DNA of 64,000 nucleotides, from the NCBI GenBank assembly GCA_034430895.1, contig DAOUDW010000035.1, forward strand, positions 121,189 through 185,188, read 5' to 3'. The notes under the pieces were generated by a model. It saw only the letters and a list, made by a program, of their open reading frames with translations. It was not told the DNA's origin and did not search any database. The position numbers were made by a program, and so were the translations under genes. Of this stretch, positions 27,638-36,585 are shown one piece after another. Every line of letters begins with the position of its first letter. Position 1 is the first letter of the stretch. This stretch comes from Anaerolineales bacterium. GTDB lineage: Bacteria; Chloroflexota; Anaerolineae; Anaerolineales; E44-bin32.

Positions 27638-29998
27638 TTATACCGGATCGCTTTCTTCGTTCTGCAAAATAGACTGAGCGAATTGCTCATCACATTCTGT
27701 ACAGCGCGCTTTCTGACGATTCTCGACAATCAACAATCCCCCACAACTGGGGCATGGAGAAGCGAGCGGCCGTTTCCATGATGTAAATTCGCATTCAGGA
27801 TAATTCTCACATCCATAAAACGGTCTGCCTTTTCGTGTTCGGCGAGCAACTAGGTCGCCTCCACATTTTGGGCATTTCACACCAATTTTCTCAAGCCATG
27901 GTTCTGTATGTCGACATTCGGGAAAATTGGAACAACCGATGAATTTTCCATATCGACCATGCCGCAGCACAAGCGGGCTGCCGCATTCTGGGCATTCACG
28001 CCCAATTTCTTCTGGTTCGGCCTTCATCTCTGGCATCGCGTCTTCTGCAATTTTAAGTTGTTCTGCAAACGGCTCGTAAAAATCACGGATGACTGCAACC
28101 CAATCGCGCTTTCCCCCTGCGATTTCATCCAATTGCTCTTCCATGCGTGCCGTAAAACCGGGATCAACGATGTTCGGGAAGTGGGCAACGATCAGGTCGT
28201 TCACAATTTCGCCAATTTCCGTGGTAATCAAGCGCCTATTCTGGCGTTCGATATATCCTCGCTGACGCAGTGTTGAAATAATGGGCGCGTATGTGGATGG
28301 CCTGCCGATCCCATTTTCTTCCAACGCGCGCACCAGGGATGCATCCGAGAACCGCGGCGGTGGCTGCGTGAAATGCTGATCAGTATTGATATCCCTGAGG
28401 AGAACAAAATCTCCCTTTTGAAGATCCGGAAGCTGAGTAAGCTGGGCTTTTAATTCTTGATCTAATCCGCCTTTAACATTGGCTCTTTCTTCCTCGCCAT
28501 TTCGATCGGCTTTATACACACTCAGGAAACCATCAAAACGAAGGCTGGAAGCCGTAACCCGGAATAAATACTCGTCGTTCACAGACTGACCCGTGACTTC
28601 AATTGTCAAAGTGTCATAAATCGCGGGCTTCATTTGAGAAGCCACAAATCTCTGCCAAATTAAGTTGTATAACTTATATTGATTCGCTGATAAATAGGGC
28701 TTTAATGATTTTGGTGTACGCATCACCGAGGTCGGTCGAATGGCTTCGTGCGCCTCCTGCGCCAAACGGCCACGAGTTCGATAGATAGGAGGCTGTTCAG
28801 GTAAATACGTCTCCCCATATTGATCGGTGATGAGTTTTCGCGCTTCCATCTGCGCTTGTTTTGACACCTGCGTAGAATCGGTACGCATATACGTTATAAG
28901 ACCCACGCGTTCACCTTCGCCGAAATCAATGCCTTCATACAATTGCTGCGCGATGACCATCGTGCGGCGTGCGGTGTAGCTGAACCGCTGTGAAGCTGTT
29001 TGCTGCATTGTTGAAGTCGTAAATGGTGCGGATGGCTTGCGTGTACGTTGCCCTCGGCGTACACCCGAAATCTGGTAGTCTGCACTTCGCAGGTCAGATA
29101 CGAGCGATTCTACTTCCTCGTTTGATTTTAATTCTGGCTTTTCCCCATTATGTTTAACGAGCCGGGCCATAAAGGCTGGCGGTTTTTCTTCGTTTAAGAA
29201 TTCCGCATCAATCGTCCAATATTCCTGGGGAACGAAATCTGCAATTTCGCGTTCTCTTTCAACGATTAGCCGCAATGCAACCGACTGCACGCGGCCTGCA
29301 GAAAGTCTTCCACGGACTTTTTCCCACAGCAAAGGACTTAGATTGTAGCCTACCAACCGATCTAGAATACGACGGGCCTGCTGCGCGTCGACCAAATCCA
29401 TGGCGATATCTCTAGGTTCCTCAAAAGCATGTTGGATGGCGGGTTTCGTGATTTCATTGAAGACCACACGTTTGGCGATATCCCGGTCGATCTCTGCGGC
29501 TTCCAACAAGTGCCAGGCAATGGCTTCCCCTTCACGATCGTGATCCGTCGCCAGATAAACCTGTGTTGTCTCTGCGGCTGCTGATTTGAGTTCCTTTACG
29601 ATTTCCCGTTTCTCATTGGGTACACGGTATTTCGGCTGAAAATCGTTTTCGACATCAACGGATATTTGCGATCGCAGCAAATCCCGTACGTGTCCGATTG
29701 ATGCCATAACCTTGAATTCTTTATCGAGGAAACGAGAAATTGTACGCGCCTTTGCCGGGGATTCGACGATCACCAGCTTTCCGCTGCGTTTCTTGCGTCG
29801 CTTCTTTCGACGCATCTTTGTTTCCGACACTTCCGGCGGCGTTAAGCCTTCATGTGCCGCAGTCTTCCCCATCCGATAGAGACCTGTACCGCAAACACCG
29901 CAGACGCCTCTCGTCGCCGGCGTTCCCGTTGCCGTGAACGTCGGTTCCGCCTGAGTAATTTCTCGTTTCTGTTTGCACTTTACACAATAAGCTTCCAC
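27638..29998 (-). CDS. topA: DNA topoisomerase I with an extra N-terminal zinc ribbon
   Basis: The Toprim start 'LVIVESPAKARTISRFL' and three C-terminal C4 zinc fingers. The start is set at GTG 29998, with AGGAG 7 nt upstream and just after the manC-like stop. The N-terminal 75 aa carry CVKC...CGVC plus the basic tract 'RRKKRRKKR'. Confidence 0.93.
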   Translation of the reverse strand: MEAYCVKCKQKREITQAEPTFTATGTPATRGVCGVCGTGLYRMGKTAAHEGLTPPEVSETKMRRKKRRKKRSGKLVIVESPAKARTISRFLDKEFKVMASIGHVRDLLRSQISVDVENDFQPKYRVPNEKREIVKELKSAAAETTQVYLATDHDREGEAIAWHLLEAAEIDRDIAKRVVFNEITKPAIQHAFEEPRDIAMDLVDAQQARRILDRLVGYNLSPLLWEKVRGRLSAGRVQSVALRLIVEREREIADFVPQEYWTIDAEFLNEEKPPAFMARLVKHNGEKPELKSNEEVESLVSDLRSADYQISGVRRGQRTRKPSAPFTTSTMQQTASQRFSYTARRTMVIAQQLYEGIDFGEGERVGLITYMRTDSTQVSKQAQMEARKLITDQYGETYLPEQPPIYRTRGRLAQEAHEAIRPTSVMRTPKSLKPYLSANQYKLYNLIWQRFVASQMKPAIYDTLTIEVTGQSVNDEYLFRVTASSLRFDGFLSVYKADRNGEEERANVKGGLDQELKAQLTQLPDLQKGDFVLLRDINTDQHFTQPPPRFSDASLVRALEENGIGRPSTYAPIISTLRQRGYIERQNRRLITTEIGEIVNDLIVAHFPNIVDPGFTARMEEQLDEIAGGKRDWVAVIRDFYEPFAEQLKIAEDAMPEMKAEPEEIGRECPECGSPLVLRHGRYGKFIGCSNFPECRHTEPWLEKIGVKCPKCGGDLVARRTRKGRPFYGCENYPECEFTSWKRPLASPCPSCGGLLIVENRQKARCTECDEQFAQSILQNEESDPV

Positions 29999-30008
29999 AC
30001 ACACACTC

Positions 30009-31109
30009 CTATAAGTAATTCTCCAACCCCTTCTCTTGCAGCAAACGCACGACTTCTCGTACGCCTTCCGCCTTTTCTTTGGGGCATACCAATAATACGT
30101 CTTCCATATCCACCACAATCAAATCATTCGTTCCCAGCGCAACAATCATTCGATTTGTGGCTGCATTTTCATCCTGATACAGCAAGGTGTTCTCCGCATC
30201 GACAATCAAACTGTTCTTTGCCTGGATCATATTGCCATGTTGATCGATCTCTTTGACCTCGAACATACGCGCCCAACCGCCAACATCACACCATCCCAGA
30301 TCGTCAGCAGGTATGACGCTCACGTTCCTGGCACCTTCCATGATGCCAAAATCAACCGTCTGGCTTTCTAATCTACACCATACGCTTTCGATGGTTTCGG
30401 CTTCTGCATCCGTGCCCAATGCACGATCGATTTCCTGCAGCCCTTGAAATAATTTAGGCATTTGTCTTTCAATTTCTTTCAGTATGCTTTCGGCCTTCCA
30501 CACAAACATACCTGAATTCCAGGCATACTCCCCACTGGCGATATATTCTTGCGCCAGTTCAAAATCGGGCTTTTCTTTGAAGGATTGAACACAGTAGGCC
30601 TTATAGCCTTTGAATACGCCACGTTGTTCACCTCGATGAATATAACCGTATCCGGTATCCGGATAACGAGGTGTAATACCCAATGTCACCAGATCTCCCT
30701 CCAGCGCCAATTCCCTTGCTGCTTGCAGGAGTTCCTGGAACTTATACTCATCCGCAATATAGTGGTCCGCCGTAAGGATGGCGATCACGCAATCGGGATT
30801 TTGTCTCTGGAGTTTAATAGCTGCCAGCCCAACAACGGATGCCGTCCCTCTTGGGCTGGGTTCTAGAATGAAATGATCGACTGGCAGCGATTCCACCTGT
30901 CTTGCCAATACTTTCGCCTGATCATCAACCGTAACTACAAAAATCCGATCGTGATCCATCACAGGCCCCAACCGTTTTACCGAGACTTCAAAGAGAGTCT
31001 GTTCTCCAAAAATCCGCAGCATCTGCTTTGGCCGACTACGCCTAGACAACGGCCAAAGTCGCGTTCCCCCTCCACCTGCCATGATCACTGCAAAATAATC
31101 GTCTTCCAT
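30009..31109 (-). CDS. Mannose-1-phosphate guanylyltransferase-like nucleotidyltransferase
   Basis: 'VIMAGGGGTRLWPLSRRSRPKQ' and 'HYIADE...'. At 366 aa it has no PMI/cupin extension. Confidence 0.85.
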   Translation of the reverse strand: MEDDYFAVIMAGGGGTRLWPLSRRSRPKQMLRIFGEQTLFEVSVKRLGPVMDHDRIFVVTVDDQAKVLARQVESLPVDHFILEPSPRGTASVVGLAAIKLQRQNPDCVIAILTADHYIADEYKFQELLQAARELALEGDLVTLGITPRYPDTGYGYIHRGEQRGVFKGYKAYCVQSFKEKPDFELAQEYIASGEYAWNSGMFVWKAESILKEIERQMPKLFQGLQEIDRALGTDAEAETIESVWCRLESQTVDFGIMEGARNVSVIPADDLGWCDVGGWARMFEVKEIDQHGNMIQAKNSLIVDAENTLLYQDENAATNRMIVALGTNDLIVVDMEDVLLVCPKEKAEGVREVVRLLQEKGLENYL

Positions 31110-31121
31110 TTGCCGTTCTTC

Positions 31122-32228
31122 CTATTGGTATATGGTTCGCGATTCTCTTATTTTGATGTACTGCATACCACTCAACTTCTTCACACGCCCCTTCAGTTCA
31201 AGCATCGCCAGGGCAGCCGAAATTTGTGAAATCGGCAATGCACAAGACTCTTTCAAATCGTCCACGTGAACCGGTTCTATGCCCAAGATCTCCAGGATCA
31301 ATCGCTCGGTTTTATCCTCCGGCAAGGCCTGAGATACTACCTCCTGCCGAACTGTGACCTCCAAGTTCAACGCTTCGAGCACATCCTGCGCATTAATCAA
31401 CGGCCTTGCGCCTGATTGTATCAAGCGATTGACTCCCTCGCTTGTTGTTCTATGAATATCTCCTGGTACCGCAAAGACCTCACGCCCTTGCTCAGCGGCG
31501 AAATCCGCAGTGATCAAAGCCCCGCTTCCTTCACCTGCCTCGACGACGATAACCGCCATCGAAAGTCCGCTGATAATCCGATTGCGAGGTGGAAAATTCT
31601 TCGCCTCCGGCCTGGTTCCTAACGGATAATCACTTATGATAACTCCGTTCTCCGCGATTCTCTCAGCCAATTTTCGATGCTCGGGCGGATAGATCCGATC
31701 CAACCCGGATCCTAGGACAGCTATCGTTCGTCCACCCGCATCCAATGCTGCTTCATGCGCGATCCGATCAATGCCGCGTGCCATGCCCGAAACAATCGTA
31801 ACACCACTTACCGCGAGTGTTCTTCCGAGATCACGAGTAACCGTTTCGCCATATGTCGACATCCTGCGTGTCCCTACTACCGCTGCCGCCCATCGATCCT
31901 GCGGCAGGAATTCACCCAATGTATACAGCACGGGCGGTGGCGCTGCGATCTCGCGCAATCTTTGCGGGTATTCGTCGCAATCCCATGTTAGGACTCGATA
32001 TCCGCTTGTTTTAATCTGGTCCCATAGTATTCCCAGATCGGTCCGATTCCGCATTTCGATCAATGCGTCTATTGTTTTCGGTCCTAATCCGGCAGACTTC
32101 AACTCTTTTCGATCCGCCTTCCAGGCAAGCTCTACGTCTCCAAAAGCATCCAGTAAATACTTCATACGCTGTGGCCCGATACCATAAACAAGATTGAAAC
32201 CTACCCAATATTGTTTTTTCTCCCCCAT
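31122..32228 (-). CDS. dprA: DNA-processing protein DprA
   Basis: 'SGMARGIDRIAHEAALDAGGRTIAVLGSGLDRIYPPEH' is the DprA Rossmann core, with a C-terminal winged-helix-like tail. The start is set at ATG 32228, with GGAGG 5 nt upstream. Confidence 0.9.
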   Translation of the reverse strand: MGEKKQYWVGFNLVYGIGPQRMKYLLDAFGDVELAWKADRKELKSAGLGPKTIDALIEMRNRTDLGILWDQIKTSGYRVLTWDCDEYPQRLREIAAPPPVLYTLGEFLPQDRWAAAVVGTRRMSTYGETVTRDLGRTLAVSGVTIVSGMARGIDRIAHEAALDAGGRTIAVLGSGLDRIYPPEHRKLAERIAENGVIISDYPLGTRPEAKNFPPRNRIISGLSMAVIVVEAGEGSGALITADFAAEQGREVFAVPGDIHRTTSEGVNRLIQSGARPLINAQDVLEALNLEVTVRQEVVSQALPEDKTERLILEILGIEPVHVDDLKESCALPISQISAALAMLELKGRVKKLSGMQYIKIRESRTIYQ

Positions 32229-32340
32229 CTCAGCCTCCAAAAGCCGTCCGAGCTTATCACAGCGATTCTGTCAGTGTCAAGTTGGTTCGTTTTCAATAGC
32301 CACTCTTCCGATATGCTCCGATCATTGCAGCCGCATTTCC

Positions 32341-32370
32341 AAGAAAAAACGCCTGATAAAAATCAGGCGT
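32341..32370 (-). terminator. Intrinsic terminator after tRNA-Asp
   Basis: A 9-bp stem ACGCCTGAT/ATCAGGCGT with a 4-nt loop. On the minus strand it is followed by TTTTTTCTT. Confidence 0.7.
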
Positions 32371-32375
32371 TTGTG

Positions 32376-32449
32376 CGGGGATGACGGGATTCGAACCCGC
32401 GATCTCTGCCTTGACAGGGCAGCGTGTTAAGCCGCTACACTACACCCCC
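32376..32449 (-). tRNA. tRNA-Asp (anticodon GTC)
   Basis: Hand-folded 74-nt cloverleaf on the minus strand. It has acceptor GGGGGTG/CATCCCC, anticodon loop CTGTCAA, T-arm GCGGG-TTCGAAT-CCCGT and discriminator G. Confidence 0.93.
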
Positions 32450-32521
32450 GGTCGCTGAGCAGTGTACCACAGCCGCAGAATTGACGTCAAGATTCACCGC
32501 TTACGCGGAAATCACCAGATA

Positions 32522-33625
32522 TCATTTCGGCGGAGGTATCAGTGTCCTTGTCGGCGTGGGTGTGATTGTGAGCGTAAAGGTCGGCGTCGGTGTGGGCGGA
32601 ATGTAACAGACACCAGGTTCTGTTCCACTCGGTGTGAAGCCTACCGCCCATCGGCATGTGTTATCCATCATCGCCGCCTGCTTGATCGGATAAAGTGAAC
32701 TGGTGATCTCCGGTGAACCAGCTTCTTCCGGTGTGAAATGATCGTTGTAATCCAACCATCCGGGTTGGATGACCATTTCTTCCGACCAAACTCCCCACAT
32801 GAATTCACCGATCGAACCGATCAATGTGTGCTTGAATGCCAACTGCACTTGATCTGGCTGCGTCGGCGACCTGCGTATCCATGCTGCATCCGGGTCATTG
32901 CCAATGCCCTGCGCGAACAGCTGCGTTTCATATCCATCCCATACCGGCGAAGGGCTATCGGCGTGTAACGGTGTTGTACCACCAACATCGTTATTGCTAT
33001 CTTTCCAGGCATACACGCCATCCGTGGTCCACTCACTCGACGCCGGTACGACTCCAGAAATGTACCAATCTCCGCGGCCGTCGATATCTGAGTCAATCTC
33101 CACAGCGTACACGGCTTGCGAGTCTGCAGGTGGCTCGCCTTCGAGGAAAATGGTCACGTACACCCAGTTCCCGCTCATACTCAGTTCGCCGCGGACGATA
33201 TCAAGATGCTCTAAATAATCCATCACTTCGGAAGTGTACGGTCGCTCAATGAGATTGATATCGAAGTTATCTGCGATCGCCCTGCGTTCTGCAGCAAAAT
33301 CTCGTGTGGAACGATCCGTCATGTAACTGGTTAAGCTGCCCGGATTTTCTGGGCGGACCATGTGTTCTACTGTTGGCGTTGGGGTCACATCAACATCAGG
33401 TTCATCCACTGCTTCAATTTCTTCTGGAGCTTCGCTCGATTCGCCTTCATCTTCAGCCATGGCCTGAAGTGTCCCTTCAACGATAATATCCAAAGCCTGC
33501 ATGGTTTGCGATGCTGCGACATTAATATCGCTTTCCTGGGATGTTGCTTTCGGGCCACAAGCAGCAATAACCAAAATCAACATCATCAGAAGCAGAGCAA
33601 CAATATCTCTATGTATCCTCATCAT
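32522..33625 (-). CDS. Lipoprotein with a PT-rich C-terminal tail, unknown function
   Basis: Start set at ATG 33625, preceded by GGAGGAAATC. The lipobox is in 'LLMMLILVIAAC', and the C-terminus is 'PPTPTPTFTLTITPTPTRTLIPPPK'. Confidence 0.6.
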   Translation of the reverse strand: MMRIHRDIVALLLMMLILVIAACGPKATSQESDINVAASQTMQALDIIVEGTLQAMAEDEGESSEAPEEIEAVDEPDVDVTPTPTVEHMVRPENPGSLTSYMTDRSTRDFAAERRAIADNFDINLIERPYTSEVMDYLEHLDIVRGELSMSGNWVYVTIFLEGEPPADSQAVYAVEIDSDIDGRGDWYISGVVPASSEWTTDGVYAWKDSNNDVGGTTPLHADSPSPVWDGYETQLFAQGIGNDPDAAWIRRSPTQPDQVQLAFKHTLIGSIGEFMWGVWSEEMVIQPGWLDYNDHFTPEEAGSPEITSSLYPIKQAAMMDNTCRWAVGFTPSGTEPGVCYIPPTPTPTFTLTITPTPTRTLIPPPK

Positions 33626-33759
33626 GATTTCCTCCATGGAATTATCCATCGCGTCCTGTTTTCTATAAACTATAACGTTACCCCTCTCTTTTTTGTGACG
33701 ATGTTGTCCAATTGATATAAGTATAACCTTAGGAAGGGATATTATTGCAATTCACTTTA

Positions 33760-33788
33760 TTGATGCGTAAGTGCTCATGACGTATAAT
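33760..33788 (+). promoter_or_regulatory. Sigma-70-type promoter for alaS
   Basis: TTGATG (33760-33765), a 17-nt spacer, then TATAAT (33783-33788). The leader is very short, only about 12 nt to the SD GGAG, so a T-box is excluded. Confidence 0.6.
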
Positions 33789-33806
33789 CGCTAACCAAGT
33801 GGAGTT

Positions 33807-36560
33807 ATGATGTCGAAGAAACCGATAAATAAACCGTCAACAAAATGGACAGGCGCAGAAATTCGTCAATCCTTCCTGGATTTTTTTAAGCAATACGGGC
33901 ATACCATTGTCCCGTCGGCATCGCTCGTGCCTGGAGGGGATCAAACCCTGCTCTTCACCAATGCCGGGATGGTGCAGTTTAAAGATGTTTTCCTGGGCAG
34001 TGGGTCGCGGCCGTATGTCCGTGCAGCCGACTGCCAAAAATGCATGCGTGTTGCTGGCAAGCACAACGATTTGGAGGACGTCGGTCGAGATGACACGCAT
34101 CACACGTTCTTCGAAATGCTCGGGAATTGGTCATTCGGGGATTATTACAAACATGAATCCATCACCTGGGCGTGGACATTGCTGACGGATGTGTGGGGAT
34201 TGCCGAAAGACCGGCTCTATGCCACATGTTTCGAAGACGAATTGAACGAGATTCCTCGCGATGATGAAGCGGCAGAGATCTGGCGCCAGCAATCGGGTTT
34301 CGATCCCGATCACTTGCTCTTTTTCGGCAGGGAAGAGAATTTTTGGGAAATGGCAGACACCGGTCCATGTGGTCCGGATAGTGAAATCCACTTCGATCGC
34401 GGTCCCGAATATTGCAACATGCAGGATGTGAAAGGTCACAAGTGTGCCGTTAACGGCGAATGCCAACGATATCTCGAGTTGTGGAATCTGGTATTCATTC
34501 AATACAACCGAATCAGCCCCCACAAACTCAAGCCCTTACCTGCGAAACATGTCGATACGGGCATGGGCTTCGAACGCATCGTTTCCGTGATGCAAGACGT
34601 CGATTCCAATTACAAAACTGATTTATTCACACCCCTATTGGATACCGTACAGCAACTGACTGGGGACGATGAACCAGCGCGCAATCAAAATCTTACGCCC
34701 TACCGCGTGATTGCAGATCATGGTCGCGCAGCATCCTTCCTGATTGCTGATGGCGTCGTGCCGGGAAACGTTGGCCGCAATTACGTCTGCCGCATGATCA
34801 TCCGCCGCGCAAGTCGATTCGGCGCCATGATCGGTCTCGATGAGCCGTTTCTCTCGGAAGTTGCAAAATCGGTGATCGCAAATTACGGTGACTTCTATCC
34901 GGAGCTCAAACGAAACCAGGCAGCCATATTTCAAACACTCAGCGAAGAAGAACGACGCTTTCACCGCACGATTGATATCGGCGTTGCCCATTTCATGACG
35001 TTGCTGGAGCAAACACAATCCTCAGGCTCGAAGACCATTTCCGGGCAATCTGCTTTTGACCTCTACGCGACATACGGCCTGCCTTACGAAATTACTCGCG
35101 ATCTCGCCGAGGAACATCAAATTTCAACAGACGAAACGGGTTTTTACGAGGCGATGGAGCAGCACCGACTGGCGTCCGGAAATGACGACGACAAAGCGCA
35201 TGCGGATGAAAACATCGATCTCTATCGGCATATTCTCGAAGACCTGCAAACCTCAAAATCATTGGGGCCGGATGGTGTGGATTACGATCCATATCAATTG
35301 AGCCAATCACAAGGAAAAATCCTGGCGCTTATTCGGAATGGCGAACCCGTCCAATCCGCCAATCAAGGCGAGCAAATTGAGGTTGTCCTGCCACAAACCT
35401 CCTTCTATGTTGAATCCGGTGGGCAGGTAACCGACAAGGGAAAGATTTCCGCTGCCGATCATTCCGCCTGGGAGATCGAAATTGATCGCACTCGTGAACC
35501 CGTAAAAGGGTTGATCCTACACGAAGGCAAGGTACTCAAGGGCACCCCACAGACGAACGATCAAGCGCAGGCAATGATTGATGCAAATCGGCGTTTGGAC
35601 ATCATGCGCAACCACACCGCCACGCACCTGCTTCACGCCGCGCTGCGAGAGGCGCTTGGAGAGCATGCGCGCCAGGCCGGCTCTCTAGTTTCCCCAGACC
35701 GTTTGCGATTCGATTTCACCCATCCCGAGGCGATGACACCTGAGGAAATTCGATTGGTTCAAGACCACGTGTCCAACGCCATTTTAGCGAACCATAAACT
35801 GACCGTGAATCACAAATCACGCGAGGAGGCGATCGAGGAAGGCGCAATGGCGCTTTTTGGCGAAACCTATGGCGAAATCGTGCGTACGGTCAGCATCGGC
35901 GAAGACGAAAGACACTCATACGAATTGTGCGGCGGAACACACGTCGATGAAACCGGCATTATCGGCCCCTTCTTGATCTTAAGCGAAGGCAGCGTTGCTG
36001 CAGGAATTCGCCGCATCGAAGCTGTCACCGGGCGCAGAGCGCAAGCCATTATCGATAAGCGCCTTCAAATTCTGGAAGATATTGCAGCGACGCTGGATTC
36101 TCCCGTGGATGAAGTCAATGACCGGGTGACAAGTTTAATTACAGAACGCAATCAGCTGGACCGTGAAGTTGCATCCTATCGAACGCAGCAAGCGATGGAT
36201 GCTTTCGATTTGATCGAACCGCAAGAACACGATGGTGTGCTCGTTCTCACAGGATTAATTCCCGATTCAAACGCCGACATTTTGCGACATTTGACGGATC
36301 GGTTCCGTGCCAAATACAAGTCAGGTGTGGTGTTGCTCGCTTCCGTCGTTGATAAGCGACCCATTCTCGTTGCAGCCGTTACCGAGGACCTCCTTTCCCG
36401 AAACCTGCATGCTGGCAAATTGGTTAAGCTCGCCGCCAAACCTATCGGCGGAGGCGGTGGAGGGAAAGCGATGTTAGCGCAAGCCGGCGGCAAAGATTCA
36501 TCCAAATTGAACGAGGCCTTTGAACTCGTTGCGGATTGGGTGAAATCAGAGCTCAAATGA
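33807..36560 (+). CDS. alaS: Alanine--tRNA ligase
   Basis: 'FTNAGMVQFK', 'HHTFFEMLGNWSFGDYYK', the editing-domain 'HTATHLLHAALR...CGGTH' and the C-terminal 'GGGGGGK'. Confidence 0.97.
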   Translation: MMSKKPINKPSTKWTGAEIRQSFLDFFKQYGHTIVPSASLVPGGDQTLLFTNAGMVQFKDVFLGSGSRPYVRAADCQKCMRVAGKHNDLEDVGRDDTHHTFFEMLGNWSFGDYYKHESITWAWTLLTDVWGLPKDRLYATCFEDELNEIPRDDEAAEIWRQQSGFDPDHLLFFGREENFWEMADTGPCGPDSEIHFDRGPEYCNMQDVKGHKCAVNGECQRYLELWNLVFIQYNRISPHKLKPLPAKHVDTGMGFERIVSVMQDVDSNYKTDLFTPLLDTVQQLTGDDEPARNQNLTPYRVIADHGRAASFLIADGVVPGNVGRNYVCRMIIRRASRFGAMIGLDEPFLSEVAKSVIANYGDFYPELKRNQAAIFQTLSEEERRFHRTIDIGVAHFMTLLEQTQSSGSKTISGQSAFDLYATYGLPYEITRDLAEEHQISTDETGFYEAMEQHRLASGNDDDKAHADENIDLYRHILEDLQTSKSLGPDGVDYDPYQLSQSQGKILALIRNGEPVQSANQGEQIEVVLPQTSFYVESGGQVTDKGKISAADHSAWEIEIDRTREPVKGLILHEGKVLKGTPQTNDQAQAMIDANRRLDIMRNHTATHLLHAALREALGEHARQAGSLVSPDRLRFDFTHPEAMTPEEIRLVQDHVSNAILANHKLTVNHKSREEAIEEGAMALFGETYGEIVRTVSIGEDERHSYELCGGTHVDETGIIGPFLILSEGSVAAGIRRIEAVTGRRAQAIIDKRLQILEDIAATLDSPVDEVNDRVTSLITERNQLDREVASYRTQQAMDAFDLIEPQEHDGVLVLTGLIPDSNADILRHLTDRFRAKYKSGVVLLASVVDKRPILVAAVTEDLLSRNLHAGKLVKLAAKPIGGGGGGKAMLAQAGGKDSSKLNEAFELVADWVKSELK

Positions 36561-36585
36561 TGCTGCTTGCACGCGATGTATCCAA

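Noticed and set aside
29999-30118. 40-codon N-terminal extension of TopA overlapping the manC-like gene
   Set aside because: It overlaps the 3' end of the upstream gene, and its W/Y/K/C-rich composition looks non-genic. GTG 29998 has an AGGAG at ideal spacing right after the upstream stop.
32522-32610. GT/GG-rich low-complexity DNA that looks like a tandem repeat
   Set aside because: It is the reverse complement of the codons for the C-terminal Pro/Thr-rich tail of the lipoprotein. This is coding low complexity, not a non-coding repeat array.
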